A DNA stretch of 64,000 nucleotides from a virus. Taxonomy: Duplodnaviria > Caudoviricetes. The position numbers and the translations under genes were made by a program. Location: positions 18,039-82,038 of the IMG/VR virus record IMGVR_UViG_3300010344_000600; one strand, given 5' to 3'. The notes beneath the pieces are model-generated. The model was given only the letters and a program-made list of their open reading frames with translations. It was not told where the DNA came from and did not search any database. This document shows, one piece after another, positions 45,535-53,361 of this stretch (position 1 is its first letter; every line of letters begins with the position of its first letter).

Positions 45535-45836
45535 GCAGAACAGAGGTCCTGGAGAAAAAAGGGGGTCCGGCGTTCCCGACCCCTTTATCGCGCGACGCTT
45601 GTGGGCGGATGGTAAGCCCTCTTCAGTATGATCTTGGTGGCCTGACGGCACGAGACTACTTCGCGGCCCATGCGCCTGATGTTCCTGATTTCTTTCCGTC
45701 GCAATCAACCCTTCGCGTTGTTGATATTGGCAATGGAATGGTAGGCCCAAGGGATATCAAGGAAACCGCGATGGAGCGTTTTATTCGGTGGAAGTTCGTC
45801 TACGCCGACGCCATGCTAGCCGAGCGTACCAAATGA
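45531..45836 (+). CDS. Conserved phage hypothetical protein
   Basis: GGPAFP...GLTARDYFAAHA...ADAMLAER. Confidence 0.8.
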   Translation: MSRTEVLEKKGGPAFPTPLSRDACGRMVSPLQYDLGGLTARDYFAAHAPDVPDFFPSQSTLRVVDIGNGMVGPRDIKETAMERFIRWKFVYADAMLAERTK

Positions 45837-46672
45837 ACAAGACTAACCAATGGACGCATGATGGTCTGCAGTCGGACCTGGCTGAACACTTGGCTTCGAC
45901 CCGTGATCGCATCATTTGGGAGGATATGCAGATTGGCCCCTCGGGATCGCCGCGTCCGGACGTCTATACCATTCCCAAGAGCTACACGAAGTTTCGCCCG
46001 CTGGCCTACGAGATCAAGATTAGCGTCTCTGATTTCCGCCGCGACGTCACGACCGGGAAATGGCAGAGCTATTTGGAGTTCGCTAGCGGCGTGATATTTG
46101 CTGTACCGTCTGGATTGATTTCTAAGGCTGATGTTCCAACAGGTTGTGGATTGATGGCGCGGAACGAGGACGGCTGGCGAACGATGAAAGCTCCGACGCT
46201 GAAGCATCTGGCCAGTCTTCCGCATCAAGCCTGGTTGAAGTTGCTAATCGACGGGATAGATAGGAAGCGCGGAGGGGCAAAGGAAAGAGAATTCAACCAC
46301 TTTCGCGCACGACAAGCGCTGATGAAAAAGTTTGGGGATCGTGTCGGTGAGTTGGTATGGAATTTAGCGCGGTCCGAGGAACTCCTGCAATACGAGCTGC
46401 AGGCGGATAAGGCTCGCCACGACGCAGTGCTTGAGGCTGAGCGAAAGAGATACCTCGTGGAACGGGAGCGCCAGAAGTCTGATCAGGCGCAGATAGATGC
46501 CGGCCGGGCGATGCTGTCTACGGCGTTAGGATTATGCCCAGATGCCAATACCTGGGCAATCGTACAGCAGTTGCAGAGAGCGCGCTCGAAGATATCAGAA
46601 GACCATGAAGTAAGGCGGCTTATGGAGATAATCCACCGCATCCGCATGGCCGTGAGCAAGGTCGACGAGTGA
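45833..46672 (+). CDS. MmcB-like PD-(D/E)XK nuclease
   Basis: RPDVY..YEIKISVSDFRRD..KWQSY; start 45833. Confidence 0.75.
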   Translation: MNKTNQWTHDGLQSDLAEHLASTRDRIIWEDMQIGPSGSPRPDVYTIPKSYTKFRPLAYEIKISVSDFRRDVTTGKWQSYLEFASGVIFAVPSGLISKADVPTGCGLMARNEDGWRTMKAPTLKHLASLPHQAWLKLLIDGIDRKRGGAKEREFNHFRARQALMKKFGDRVGELVWNLARSEELLQYELQADKARHDAVLEAERKRYLVERERQKSDQAQIDAGRAMLSTALGLCPDANTWAIVQQLQRARSKISEDHEVRRLMEIIHRIRMAVSKVDE

Positions 46673-46676
46673 CGTC

Positions 46677-46931
46677 ATGGCCGACATGTTCGACATGGTT
46701 GCACGTATGGCAGCGGCCGCTCCCGAGACCCCGGCACCAAAGCGTGAACCCTGGCGATCTGTCGACGAGTGGGCAATGACGCGCGGAAAGTTCTCGATCG
46801 CGCAATACGGGATCAAGCCAAATGCGGATTACGGGCTGTTCGGGTCAGGCCCGGAGATGCTGGGGCACAGCAAGGACTACCGGGAGTTGATGGCGTTGGC
46901 GGATAAATTTGATAAACAAGGGACTACATGA
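46677..46931 (+). CDS. Hypothetical protein
   Basis: Operon position and overlap. Confidence 0.6.
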   Translation: MADMFDMVARMAAAAPETPAPKREPWRSVDEWAMTRGKFSIAQYGIKPNADYGLFGSGPEMLGHSKDYRELMALADKFDKQGTT

Positions 46932-47146
46932 AAACGTTGTTTATAGCTAAGAAATTCGGCTTTTGTCTGACCATATCCCCGGAAAGCGATGCAGAGAATG
47001 AAACGATCGCTTCGTTTAGCGAGGACCATCTGCATATCGAAACTATGTACGAAATGAGGTTCTTTATTAAAGAAGGCCTGGTTCAAAGGGATGCTGGACC
47101 CAATAAGGTTTTGGTCTTGAGTTACGAGTTCACTGAAAGAACCTAG
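46928..47146 (+). CDS. Hypothetical protein
   Basis: ATGA overlap. Confidence 0.55.
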   Translation: MKTLFIAKKFGFCLTISPESDAENETIASFSEDHLHIETMYEMRFFIKEGLVQRDAGPNKVLVLSYEFTERT

Positions 47147-47153
47147 GATAGTC

Positions 47154-47429
47154 ATGGCTGACGATCGCTTGTTTATAAAGTGCGACGGGTGCGGCGCCTG
47201 GAAGATGCTGATGAAGCAGATGGATGAAAAGCACTACACCGACTGGAAGGCAATCGATACAAACCGTGCTCAGCAAGCGATTTGTCGTGGTGCAAAGGTG
47301 TTCGCTTTGCCTGGAAGTTTTTTCCGTGGCGGCGCAAGTTACGAACATGGGTTGCAAACCAAACGTGATGCTTGTTACGTGGTCAGCAAACTGGTAATGC
47401 GTGGCCTTATCCTCCCCGAACAACAATAA
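47154..47429 (+). CDS. Hypothetical protein
   Basis: RBS AGGA. Confidence 0.5.
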   Translation: MADDRLFIKCDGCGAWKMLMKQMDEKHYTDWKAIDTNRAQQAICRGAKVFALPGSFFRGGASYEHGLQTKRDACYVVSKLVMRGLILPEQQ

Positions 47430-47467
47430 AGGAAAGCGACCGTGGCTGCAACGAAGAAGAAGCGCAA

Positions 47468-47677
47468 ATGCTGATTGCCAAGATCATCGAGAGCCCACGA
47501 AAAATCTCGTTCCGCGAGGTTATGCGCATTGGCCGGGTGCAGTTTGACCCGCGTGATGGGTGGGTGTTGCTGCGCTCACCGCTCGGAGAACGACCGAGAA
47601 AACTTGAGTATCAATGGATGCACCCAAGCGACGTGAAGTTTGAGTGGGTGCGCAAGTTCAGGTTTGCTGCTCAATGA
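47468..47677 (+). CDS. Hypothetical protein, 69 aa
   Basis: ATG 47468; last rightward gene before the hairpin. Confidence 0.55.
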   Translation: MLIAKIIESPRKISFREVMRIGRVQFDPRDGWVLLRSPLGERPRKLEYQWMHPSDVKFEWVRKFRFAAQ

Positions 47678-47707
47678 AAAACGCCCGAAATTTGCGGTCC
47701 GGGCGTT
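47676..47707 (-). terminator. Intrinsic terminator between convergent operons
   Basis: AACGCCCG/CGGGCGTT stem, T-tract on the minus strand. Confidence 0.65.
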
Positions 47708-47733
47708 GAGTGCAAGTCAGAGTGTTGGATTTT

Positions 47734-47925
47734 CTATTTCACCTTCACCGCAAACCCTTCCCGCACAACTTGCCCGCAGCAAGGGCAAATAGTCTTTCCC
47801 TGGCGGGCCTTGACCGCCTTGTAGACGGCGGCCGACGAGATGCCCGTCGCCTTGGCGGCCGCATTCGGGGTAAGCGTCTTGTCCGACAGCAAGAGGTCAA
47901 GCGCTTTCTGTGTTTTCGATTTCAT
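47734..47925 (-). CDS. Small HTH protein with a C-terminal CPCC zinc knuckle
   Basis: LTPNAAAKATGISSAAVYKAV helix-turn-helix. Confidence 0.75.
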   Translation of the reverse strand: MKSKTQKALDLLLSDKTLTPNAAAKATGISSAAVYKAVKARQGKTICPCCGQVVREGFAVKVK

Positions 47926-48079
47926 CGTCTTTTTCCTCATTACATTTTGCACAACCCGGGTGATCGGGGTCCCGGCAGTCGGGGTGTTGCGTCAAGCGTG
48001 CCTGTTGCGCGCGGCTGTAGCGATCGATCGCCGCAAGATAGGCCGCTTCGTCGCCGTCGTGGAAGGTGAGCATTACCAA
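47897..48079 (-). CDS. Hypothetical protein, 60 aa
   Basis: RBS AGGAGG; HPDCRDPDHPGC..C. Confidence 0.6.
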   Translation of the reverse strand: MVMLTFHDGDEAAYLAAIDRYSRAQQARLTQHPDCRDPDHPGCAKCNEEKDDEIENTESA

Positions 48080-48375
48080 AGACCTCCTTTTGACCGTCCA
48101 GAAGGCCCGAAGTCACGATCGGGAACAATCGCAACATCGCCGCGGATCGTATGAGTGGTTCCTGGCCGGCAGCGAGCAAGGTAAAGCGCCGTGGCCTTTG
48201 GATTGATCGCTAAGCCCTTGGCGTGTCCAATATCATCAAGGAACATCACCATTCCGGCGTCGAGGCGCACGGTATCCATTCCCTGATCGGCCCCGATCAG
48301 TTTTGCGATCTCGGCCGTAGAGTGAAGCCCTTCGAGCAGTATCTCGGTGCCGTCCGTTTTTATGAGTTTGCGCAT
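48073..48375 (-). CDS. DUF3846-like protein
   Basis: LIGA..MDTVRL..MFLDDIG...INPKATALY...IRGDVAIV. Confidence 0.75.
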   Translation of the reverse strand: MRKLIKTDGTEILLEGLHSTAEIAKLIGADQGMDTVRLDAGMVMFLDDIGHAKGLAINPKATALYLARCRPGTTHTIRGDVAIVPDRDFGPSGRSKGGLW

Positions 48376-48387
48376 GCTGGCTCTCCT

Positions 48388-49104
48388 TTATTGATATTCT
48401 TCCGGATGCAGGCGCCTGTTCTCTTCTTCGCGCTCCTGTTCCCATCGACGGCGAACCTCGCACCGAGCGTTACTCATGGCTTCAGCCATTTCGACAAGGC
48501 CAGGAAAGTTCTTGTAGCAGTATTCGCCGGCCTGACGCAGTTCAGCGGTCTCGCCGTGGAGCGCGTATTCGTTGACCATCGCCAGCACTATTTCGGTGTA
48601 GTGCGTGTCCAGCGGCGCAAGTATGTCTCCGATCGGGAACCAATAGAACTCGCTGTTGTAAAGCGATAGGATGCACTTTGCCAGGGCTCCTTGCCCGCTG
48701 GTGCCGTGGTTCTTTTTGACCAGATCGAGGCCGCGCAGGTAGGGGTTTGCTTCCGGTGAGACAAGTTGCCACATGGACTTATTCTGCCCGAAATCCTTGA
48801 TAGGAACCGTTTCGTAGGTCGGGCAGAGCGACTCAAGCTTTCTGAGCAGATCATCGCGCTGCTCTTTTACAATGTGCGCTTCCATAACCAGATTCTGCTG
48901 GAGCCCAGACTCAAGGCTTTCTGTGCTGATGTGCTGGCAGGCATTGACGCAGGCCACGATACGCCGGGCGTCCACTTTTGAGGTAGCAATTACCGTAGCC
49001 CCGATCTCTGTTTTCCCGCCAATAACTGGCCGAATAAAATGAGCGGTATCAAGACGGCACGGCCCAAATTCAGCGACCTTCCACGGCTCTGGAGTGTGTT
49101 TCAT
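48388..49104 (-). CDS. Hypothetical phage protein
   Basis: MKHTPEPW...DARRIVACVNAC. Confidence 0.75.
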   Translation of the reverse strand: MKHTPEPWKVAEFGPCRLDTAHFIRPVIGGKTEIGATVIATSKVDARRIVACVNACQHISTESLESGLQQNLVMEAHIVKEQRDDLLRKLESLCPTYETVPIKDFGQNKSMWQLVSPEANPYLRGLDLVKKNHGTSGQGALAKCILSLYNSEFYWFPIGDILAPLDTHYTEIVLAMVNEYALHGETAELRQAGEYCYKNFPGLVEMAEAMSNARCEVRRRWEQEREEENRRLHPEEYQ

Positions 49105-49490
49105 TGTGCTTCCTTTGCTTTGGCGATGGCGCCGCGTGCCGCGTTATAGCGCACGCGATCAAAGTCACTCATGTAGGTAGGCTTCATCGTCGCAACCACA
49201 CCCTCAAGTGCCGCAAGCAATTCGTCGCGCTGCTTCTCAATCTCGCGGAACCTGTCGGCTATCGGTGCGCCGAGAACGACGATTGACTTGTTGGCTACAA
49301 GCCATTCTGCCGGGACTTCCTTGAGGGCGTTTACGCAGGCGACGATACGGTCGGCGTTGGCCTTTTGCTCGTTAATCGACACATCCCGGAGGATGATGCG
49401 GGCAATCAGCGGTGTGCCGGCTGCGCCGATGCCGATGCTGCTGTCGGGTTGCGCCCAGTGGTTGATGGACCAGGGCTCTTTGGTGTGCAT
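49101..49490 (-). CDS. Hypothetical phage protein
   Basis: MHTKEPW...ANADRIVACVNAL...QRDELLAAL. Confidence 0.75.
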   Translation of the reverse strand: MHTKEPWSINHWAQPDSSIGIGAAGTPLIARIILRDVSINEQKANADRIVACVNALKEVPAEWLVANKSIVVLGAPIADRFREIEKQRDELLAALEGVVATMKPTYMSDFDRVRYNAARGAIAKAKEAQ

Positions 49491-49555
49491 TTGCGCTTCC
49501 TTTCTGTAGGGTTGAACAATCATTGAAGCCCGCTGCGACGGGCTTGGGTGATGGA

Positions 49556-49741
49556 TCAGTCCGTCTTGGCTTCCGCTGCTGGCGCTGCCGGCGAGAAGCG
49601 CGAGGGCGACCAGTCGCAACTGGTATCGGATTCAACGTGGCCGAATATCATCTTGCAGCGGTAGATATGTCGGCAGTCACCGCAGGTAATTCCGGCTGGC
49701 AACTTCATCTTGTCCGGGTCGGATGGATCGTAGTTAAGCAT
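49556..49741 (-). CDS. Small Cys-rich protein
   Basis: TCGDCRH..RC..FG...CDWSPSRF. Confidence 0.7.
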   Translation of the reverse strand: MLNYDPSDPDKMKLPAGITCGDCRHIYRCKMIFGHVESDTSCDWSPSRFSPAAPAAEAKTD

Positions 49742-49814
49742 TTTTCATTTTGTTTCTCCGGTGGTGGTTGGTCTACTGACCCAAACGCCCGTCGCCAGGC
49801 GCTTGCGTGAGCGG

Positions 49815-49994
49815 TCAATCCGGATCGTCGCAGGCGTAGCAAACGCCTTCGTAGGCGTCTACGTCGGTGGATCCGCATTCAGTGCAATACCAGGCCGATT
49901 CTTCCGGGCCAGTAGTGACGCGCGTGAATCGGCCCCTGTCCTCAACCCAGTCGCAGTCGAACTTTTCCATCAGTTGCTCGATGTTGGCGCACAT
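49815..49994 (-). CDS. Small acidic CxxC protein, 59 aa
   Basis: CTECG...CYAC; ATG 49994. Confidence 0.55.
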   Translation of the reverse strand: MCANIEQLMEKFDCDWVEDRGRFTRVTTGPEESAWYCTECGSTDVDAYEGVCYACDDPD

Positions 49995-49996
49995 GG

Positions 49997-50209
49997 TTAG
50001 CGCGCCGCGGTCAGACGTACATTGCAATAGATGTCGTTGCGCCGGCAATAGGCCACGATATCGGCGCGTTCGGCCAGTGGATCCACCGCGTTGGCTTGGT
50101 CGAGCACCATATCCATTTCCATGGCGATCGGCCGCGGCATCCAGTTAAGCGCGGAACATCCGTTCTCGCGCAACAGGCGGCGGGCTTTCTTGTATTGGGT
50201 CTTGGTCAT
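49997..50209 (-). CDS. Hypothetical protein, first gene of the leftward small-gene operon
   Basis: RBS AAAGGA downstream of the promoter. Confidence 0.7.
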   Translation of the reverse strand: MTKTQYKKARRLLRENGCSALNWMPRPIAMEMDMVLDQANAVDPLAERADIVAYCRRNDIYCNVRLTAAR

Positions 50210-50248
50210 AGCGGTCCTTTCGGCGTGGTGGGTGAGGTGTTAGATTCC

Positions 50249-50277
50249 AGTATAAACAGTAACAGTTACTGTTACAA
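50249..50277 (-). promoter_or_regulatory. Sigma70 promoter with a perfect palindromic operator in its spacer
   Basis: TTGTAA-17-TATACT; AACAGTAAC-A-GTTACTGTT at 50255-73. Confidence 0.75.
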
Positions 50278-50322
50278 GGTGAATCAATACAATCACGCAA
50301 AAAGAAACCACTTTCCCGCCAC

Positions 50323-50331
50323 TGGTATAAT
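50323..50331 (+). promoter_or_regulatory. Extended -10 promoter (pR'-like late promoter)
   Basis: TGGTATAAT upstream of terS. Confidence 0.55.
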
Positions 50332-50339
50332 GGGTGTAT

Positions 50340-50542
50340 TAACTGAGTAAAACGCTACCGGCAGTGTCCGGTGCGTGCCGGGGGCGCCGAGGGCCATCAA
50401 GTCTCGGGCGCAGGCCCAATTAAAGACCCGGGGTGGCTTGCGCTAGCGTGGTCGGTCCTAGCTGCCGATCACGATGCAACACTCAAGTAGTCTGCTCAGC
50501 AACGTAACCCAACGAAGCCCAGCCCACGAAGCTGGGCTTTTT
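50340..50542 (+). ncRNA. Candidate structured leader/ncRNA
   Basis: No credible ORF; several stems between the promoter and the terminator. Confidence 0.4.
50515..50542 (+). terminator. Intrinsic terminator before terS
   Basis: AAGCCCAGC/GCTGGGCTT stem followed by Ts. Confidence 0.75.
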
Positions 50543-50561
50543 GCATTCCAGCGTGGTCTCC

Positions 50562-51251
50562 ATGAACGACAAGAACAAAACGACGGCCAAGAAGCCCGGC
50601 GCGGAGACTGTTACAAAGCCCGCGATCGATTGGGAGCGGGTCGAGATTGATTACCGGCTCAATGTTCTGTCGCTGCGCGAAATAGCGGCTGCACATCCTG
50701 GCTTGTCACACATGGCCATCGCCCGCAAGGCCAAGGCTTGTGGATGGGTGCGCAACCTCGCGGAAAAGATCGCGGCCAAGGCCGACGAGATTATTACAAG
50801 AGAGTCTGTTACAGCGGGCGTTACAAAATCTACCGCTGTAACAGACCGCGATGTAGTCAATGCCGCGGGGGCGATTGTCGCCTCTATCCGTGTTGGTCAC
50901 CGCAAGGATATCGCCCGCTTCCGCGCGCTGGTCATCAACCTGCTGGCCGAGCTTGAGGACCAGACGGAGCACCAGGACCTCTACAAAGAACTGGCGGACG
51001 TCCTGGAAGCCGTGGACGATGACGGAAAACCGACGGGCACCGATAAACTGAACGACATCTACCGGCGCGTGATCGCCATGCCGCAGCGCGTGGACTCGCT
51101 CAAGAAGCTGTCGGAAACCTTGAAAGTGCTGATTGCCCTGGAGCGCGAGGCCTACGGCATTGGAGCTTCCGCTGACGAGAAGGCGACGAAGGACTATGAT
51201 GGTCCTGCCATGTCAGCGCAGGATGCGTATATGAGGATGATCGGAAAATGA
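50562..51251 (+). CDS. terS: Terminase small subunit
   Basis: IDWERVEIDYR..LSLREIA...IARKAK..GW HTH; position before terL. Confidence 0.8.
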   Translation: MNDKNKTTAKKPGAETVTKPAIDWERVEIDYRLNVLSLREIAAAHPGLSHMAIARKAKACGWVRNLAEKIAAKADEIITRESVTAGVTKSTAVTDRDVVNAAGAIVASIRVGHRKDIARFRALVINLLAELEDQTEHQDLYKELADVLEAVDDDGKPTGTDKLNDIYRRVIAMPQRVDSLKKLSETLKVLIALEREAYGIGASADEKATKDYDGPAMSAQDAYMRMIGK

Positions 51252-51847
51252 AGTCCGGTATTTATCAGATACGCCACGTTGAAACTGGCAAGGTTTATGT
51301 CGGAAGTGCTGTCAATTTCCCGCGGCGCTTTGCCTTGCATCGATGCAATCTGCGCGCAGGGAAACACAGAAACACAAAATTGCAGAACGCCTGGAACAAA
51401 TACGGAGAGTCAGCTTTTCGTTTTGAGCGGGTCTTGATCTGTTCAAAGGCAAATCTCATCACGTATGAGCAGGCATGTATCGATGGTTTTTCGGCGGTAA
51501 GCGACGGATACAATATCCTGGGAGTAGCGGGATCTGCCTTGGGGTTTCGGCATAGCGCGGAACACCGTTCAAAACTTCTAGGTAATCAACATGCGCAGGG
51601 CCACAAGCACGATGCGGATACTCTGAGGCTGATATCAGAGGCGTCAAAAGGGAATACGCATAGCCTTGGTCATCGCCATAGCGATAACGCCCGCAGAAAT
51701 ATTGCGGAAGGTCATCGTGGGATTAAGCAGGATCCGGAGTGGGTATCCAAGCGCATCGCCGGTCACGTTGGGGCAAAGCGGTCAGAATCAGCTATTGCAA
51801 ACATGCGCGCCGCTTGGGTTCGTCGCAAAGAAGCCGCAGCGCAGTGA
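51248..51847 (+). CDS. GIY-YIG homing endonuclease with NUMOD3-like repeats
   Basis: SGIYQI..KVYVGSA..R..H..L..GKH.N; repeated HS.E..S motifs. Confidence 0.92.
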   Translation: MKSGIYQIRHVETGKVYVGSAVNFPRRFALHRCNLRAGKHRNTKLQNAWNKYGESAFRFERVLICSKANLITYEQACIDGFSAVSDGYNILGVAGSALGFRHSAEHRSKLLGNQHAQGHKHDADTLRLISEASKGNTHSLGHRHSDNARRNIAEGHRGIKQDPEWVSKRIAGHVGAKRSESAIANMRAAWVRRKEAAAQ

Positions 51848-53361
51848 ATGATTTTGATTGGAAGAAACCCGATTACGAGCGGGTGTTCAAAGAGCGCGCC
51901 GAACGTTTAGAGCGCATTCGTTCTTCCCCCGGCATGTTAGCGGGGCTCATGGAGCACTACAAAGAGAATCCAATCGACTGGATTTCTCAATGGGGTCTTA
52001 CGTTTGATCCGCGCCTGGCCGAAATCGGATTGCCAACGACGATCCCGTTCATTCTGTTTCCCCGACAAGAGGAATTTGTTACTTGGGTGATTGAACGCTG
52101 GCGCGGGCGTGAGGACGGCCTGGCGGAAAAAAGCCGCGACATGGGCGTTTCCTGGCTGTGCGTGGCCGTCGCTGTCTGGATGTGGACGTTTCAACCGGGC
52201 ACGGTCATCGGGTTTGGTTCGCGCAAGGAAGAATACGTAGACAAGCTAGGTGACCCTAAATCGCTATTCTGGAAAATGCGCCAGTACATTGCGCTGCTAC
52301 CGCCAGAATTCAGGCCAGATGGCTATGTTGAGCGGGTCCATGCGCCGTTCATGGGGATACTTAACCCTGCGAATGGCAGCGTGATCGTAGGAGAGGCTGG
52401 AGACAACATCGGCCGAGGGAACAGAACCTCCGTCTATTTCATCGATGAGTCAGCCTTCCTGGAGCACGCCGAGGCCATTGATGCGGCATTGAGTCAGACG
52501 TCGAACTGTAAACTGCACGTATCGACGCCAAACGGGGCAGGAAACCCATTCTATCGCAAGCGGCACAGCAGAAAGACCAGTATCTTCTCGTTTCACTGGA
52601 CGCAGGATCCGCGGAAAGACGACGAGTGGTACGAAGCGCAGAAGGACAAACTGGATCCGGTCGTTCTCGCACAAGAGATCGATATCGACTATCACGCCTC
52701 GACGACGGACTCTTGGGTGTCCGGCGATCTTCTGGCGGCGGCGATGCGCAACGGGCCGGCCGATGTGGTCCCGATCGGGGGCTGGATTATCGGCATTGAT
52801 GCGGCGCACTTTGGCGACGACGAGAGCGTAATCCATTGCCGGCGCGGACGGTTGAATCTGAAACAGGTAGTGCGCGCCAAGATGGATGGTCCGCAACTGG
52901 CTTGGCTCTGCGAAGCGCAGGCCGACTTGCTGGAAAAATCTGGACAGCCGGTGGTGGCGATCGTGATCGAACTGGATGGCCCGGGTGCCAGTTGCTATGA
53001 CCAGCTTCGACTCGGGCGTTACCGAGAGAAGGTGGTGGGGCTACATACCGGCGCCAAGTTGGACGACGGCGAGAACTACAACGTCCGGGCACAGTTACAC
53101 AGGAAGGCCAAAGACTACCTGCTGAACGCACCGGTGGCCATGGTCGAGTGCGCGGAACTGCGCACACAGGGCGGCGCGATCAAATATTCATACAGAAATG
53201 GACTTCTTCTGATGCAAAGCAAGAAGGAATACAAGAAAATCAACGGATGCTCGCCGGATCGCTGGGACGCGTTCGTGCTGACTTTTGGCGCGGATAGTGT
53301 TTCCGGTGATCTGCAGCGCGGTTACGGCGGCCACAAGCCAGCATCGAGCGCGGGTTATTGA
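51844..53361 (+). CDS. terL: Terminase large subunit
   Basis: GTG start overlapping the GIY-YIG stop; EKSRDMGVSW, FIDESAF, STPNG, IGIDAA..GDD, SPDRWDA. Confidence 0.93.
   Translation: MNDFDWKKPDYERVFKERAERLERIRSSPGMLAGLMEHYKENPIDWISQWGLTFDPRLAEIGLPTTIPFILFPRQEEFVTWVIERWRGREDGLAEKSRDMGVSWLCVAVAVWMWTFQPGTVIGFGSRKEEYVDKLGDPKSLFWKMRQYIALLPPEFRPDGYVERVHAPFMGILNPANGSVIVGEAGDNIGRGNRTSVYFIDESAFLEHAEAIDAALSQTSNCKLHVSTPNGAGNPFYRKRHSRKTSIFSFHWTQDPRKDDEWYEAQKDKLDPVVLAQEIDIDYHASTTDSWVSGDLLAAAMRNGPADVVPIGGWIIGIDAAHFGDDESVIHCRRGRLNLKQVVRAKMDGPQLAWLCEAQADLLEKSGQPVVAIVIELDGPGASCYDQLRLGRYREKVVGLHTGAKLDDGENYNVRAQLHRKAKDYLLNAPVAMVECAELRTQGGAIKYSYRNGLLLMQSKKEYKKINGCSPDRWDAFVLTFGADSVSGDLQRGYGGHKPASSAGY

Noticed and set aside
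50340-50545. tRNA gene
   Set aside because: No cloverleaf, T-loop GTTCRA or CCA end could be found.
51739-51843. terL frame open 35 codons into the GIY-YIG gene as another dual-coding case
   Set aside because: Too short to be significant; GTG 51844 gives a normal start.
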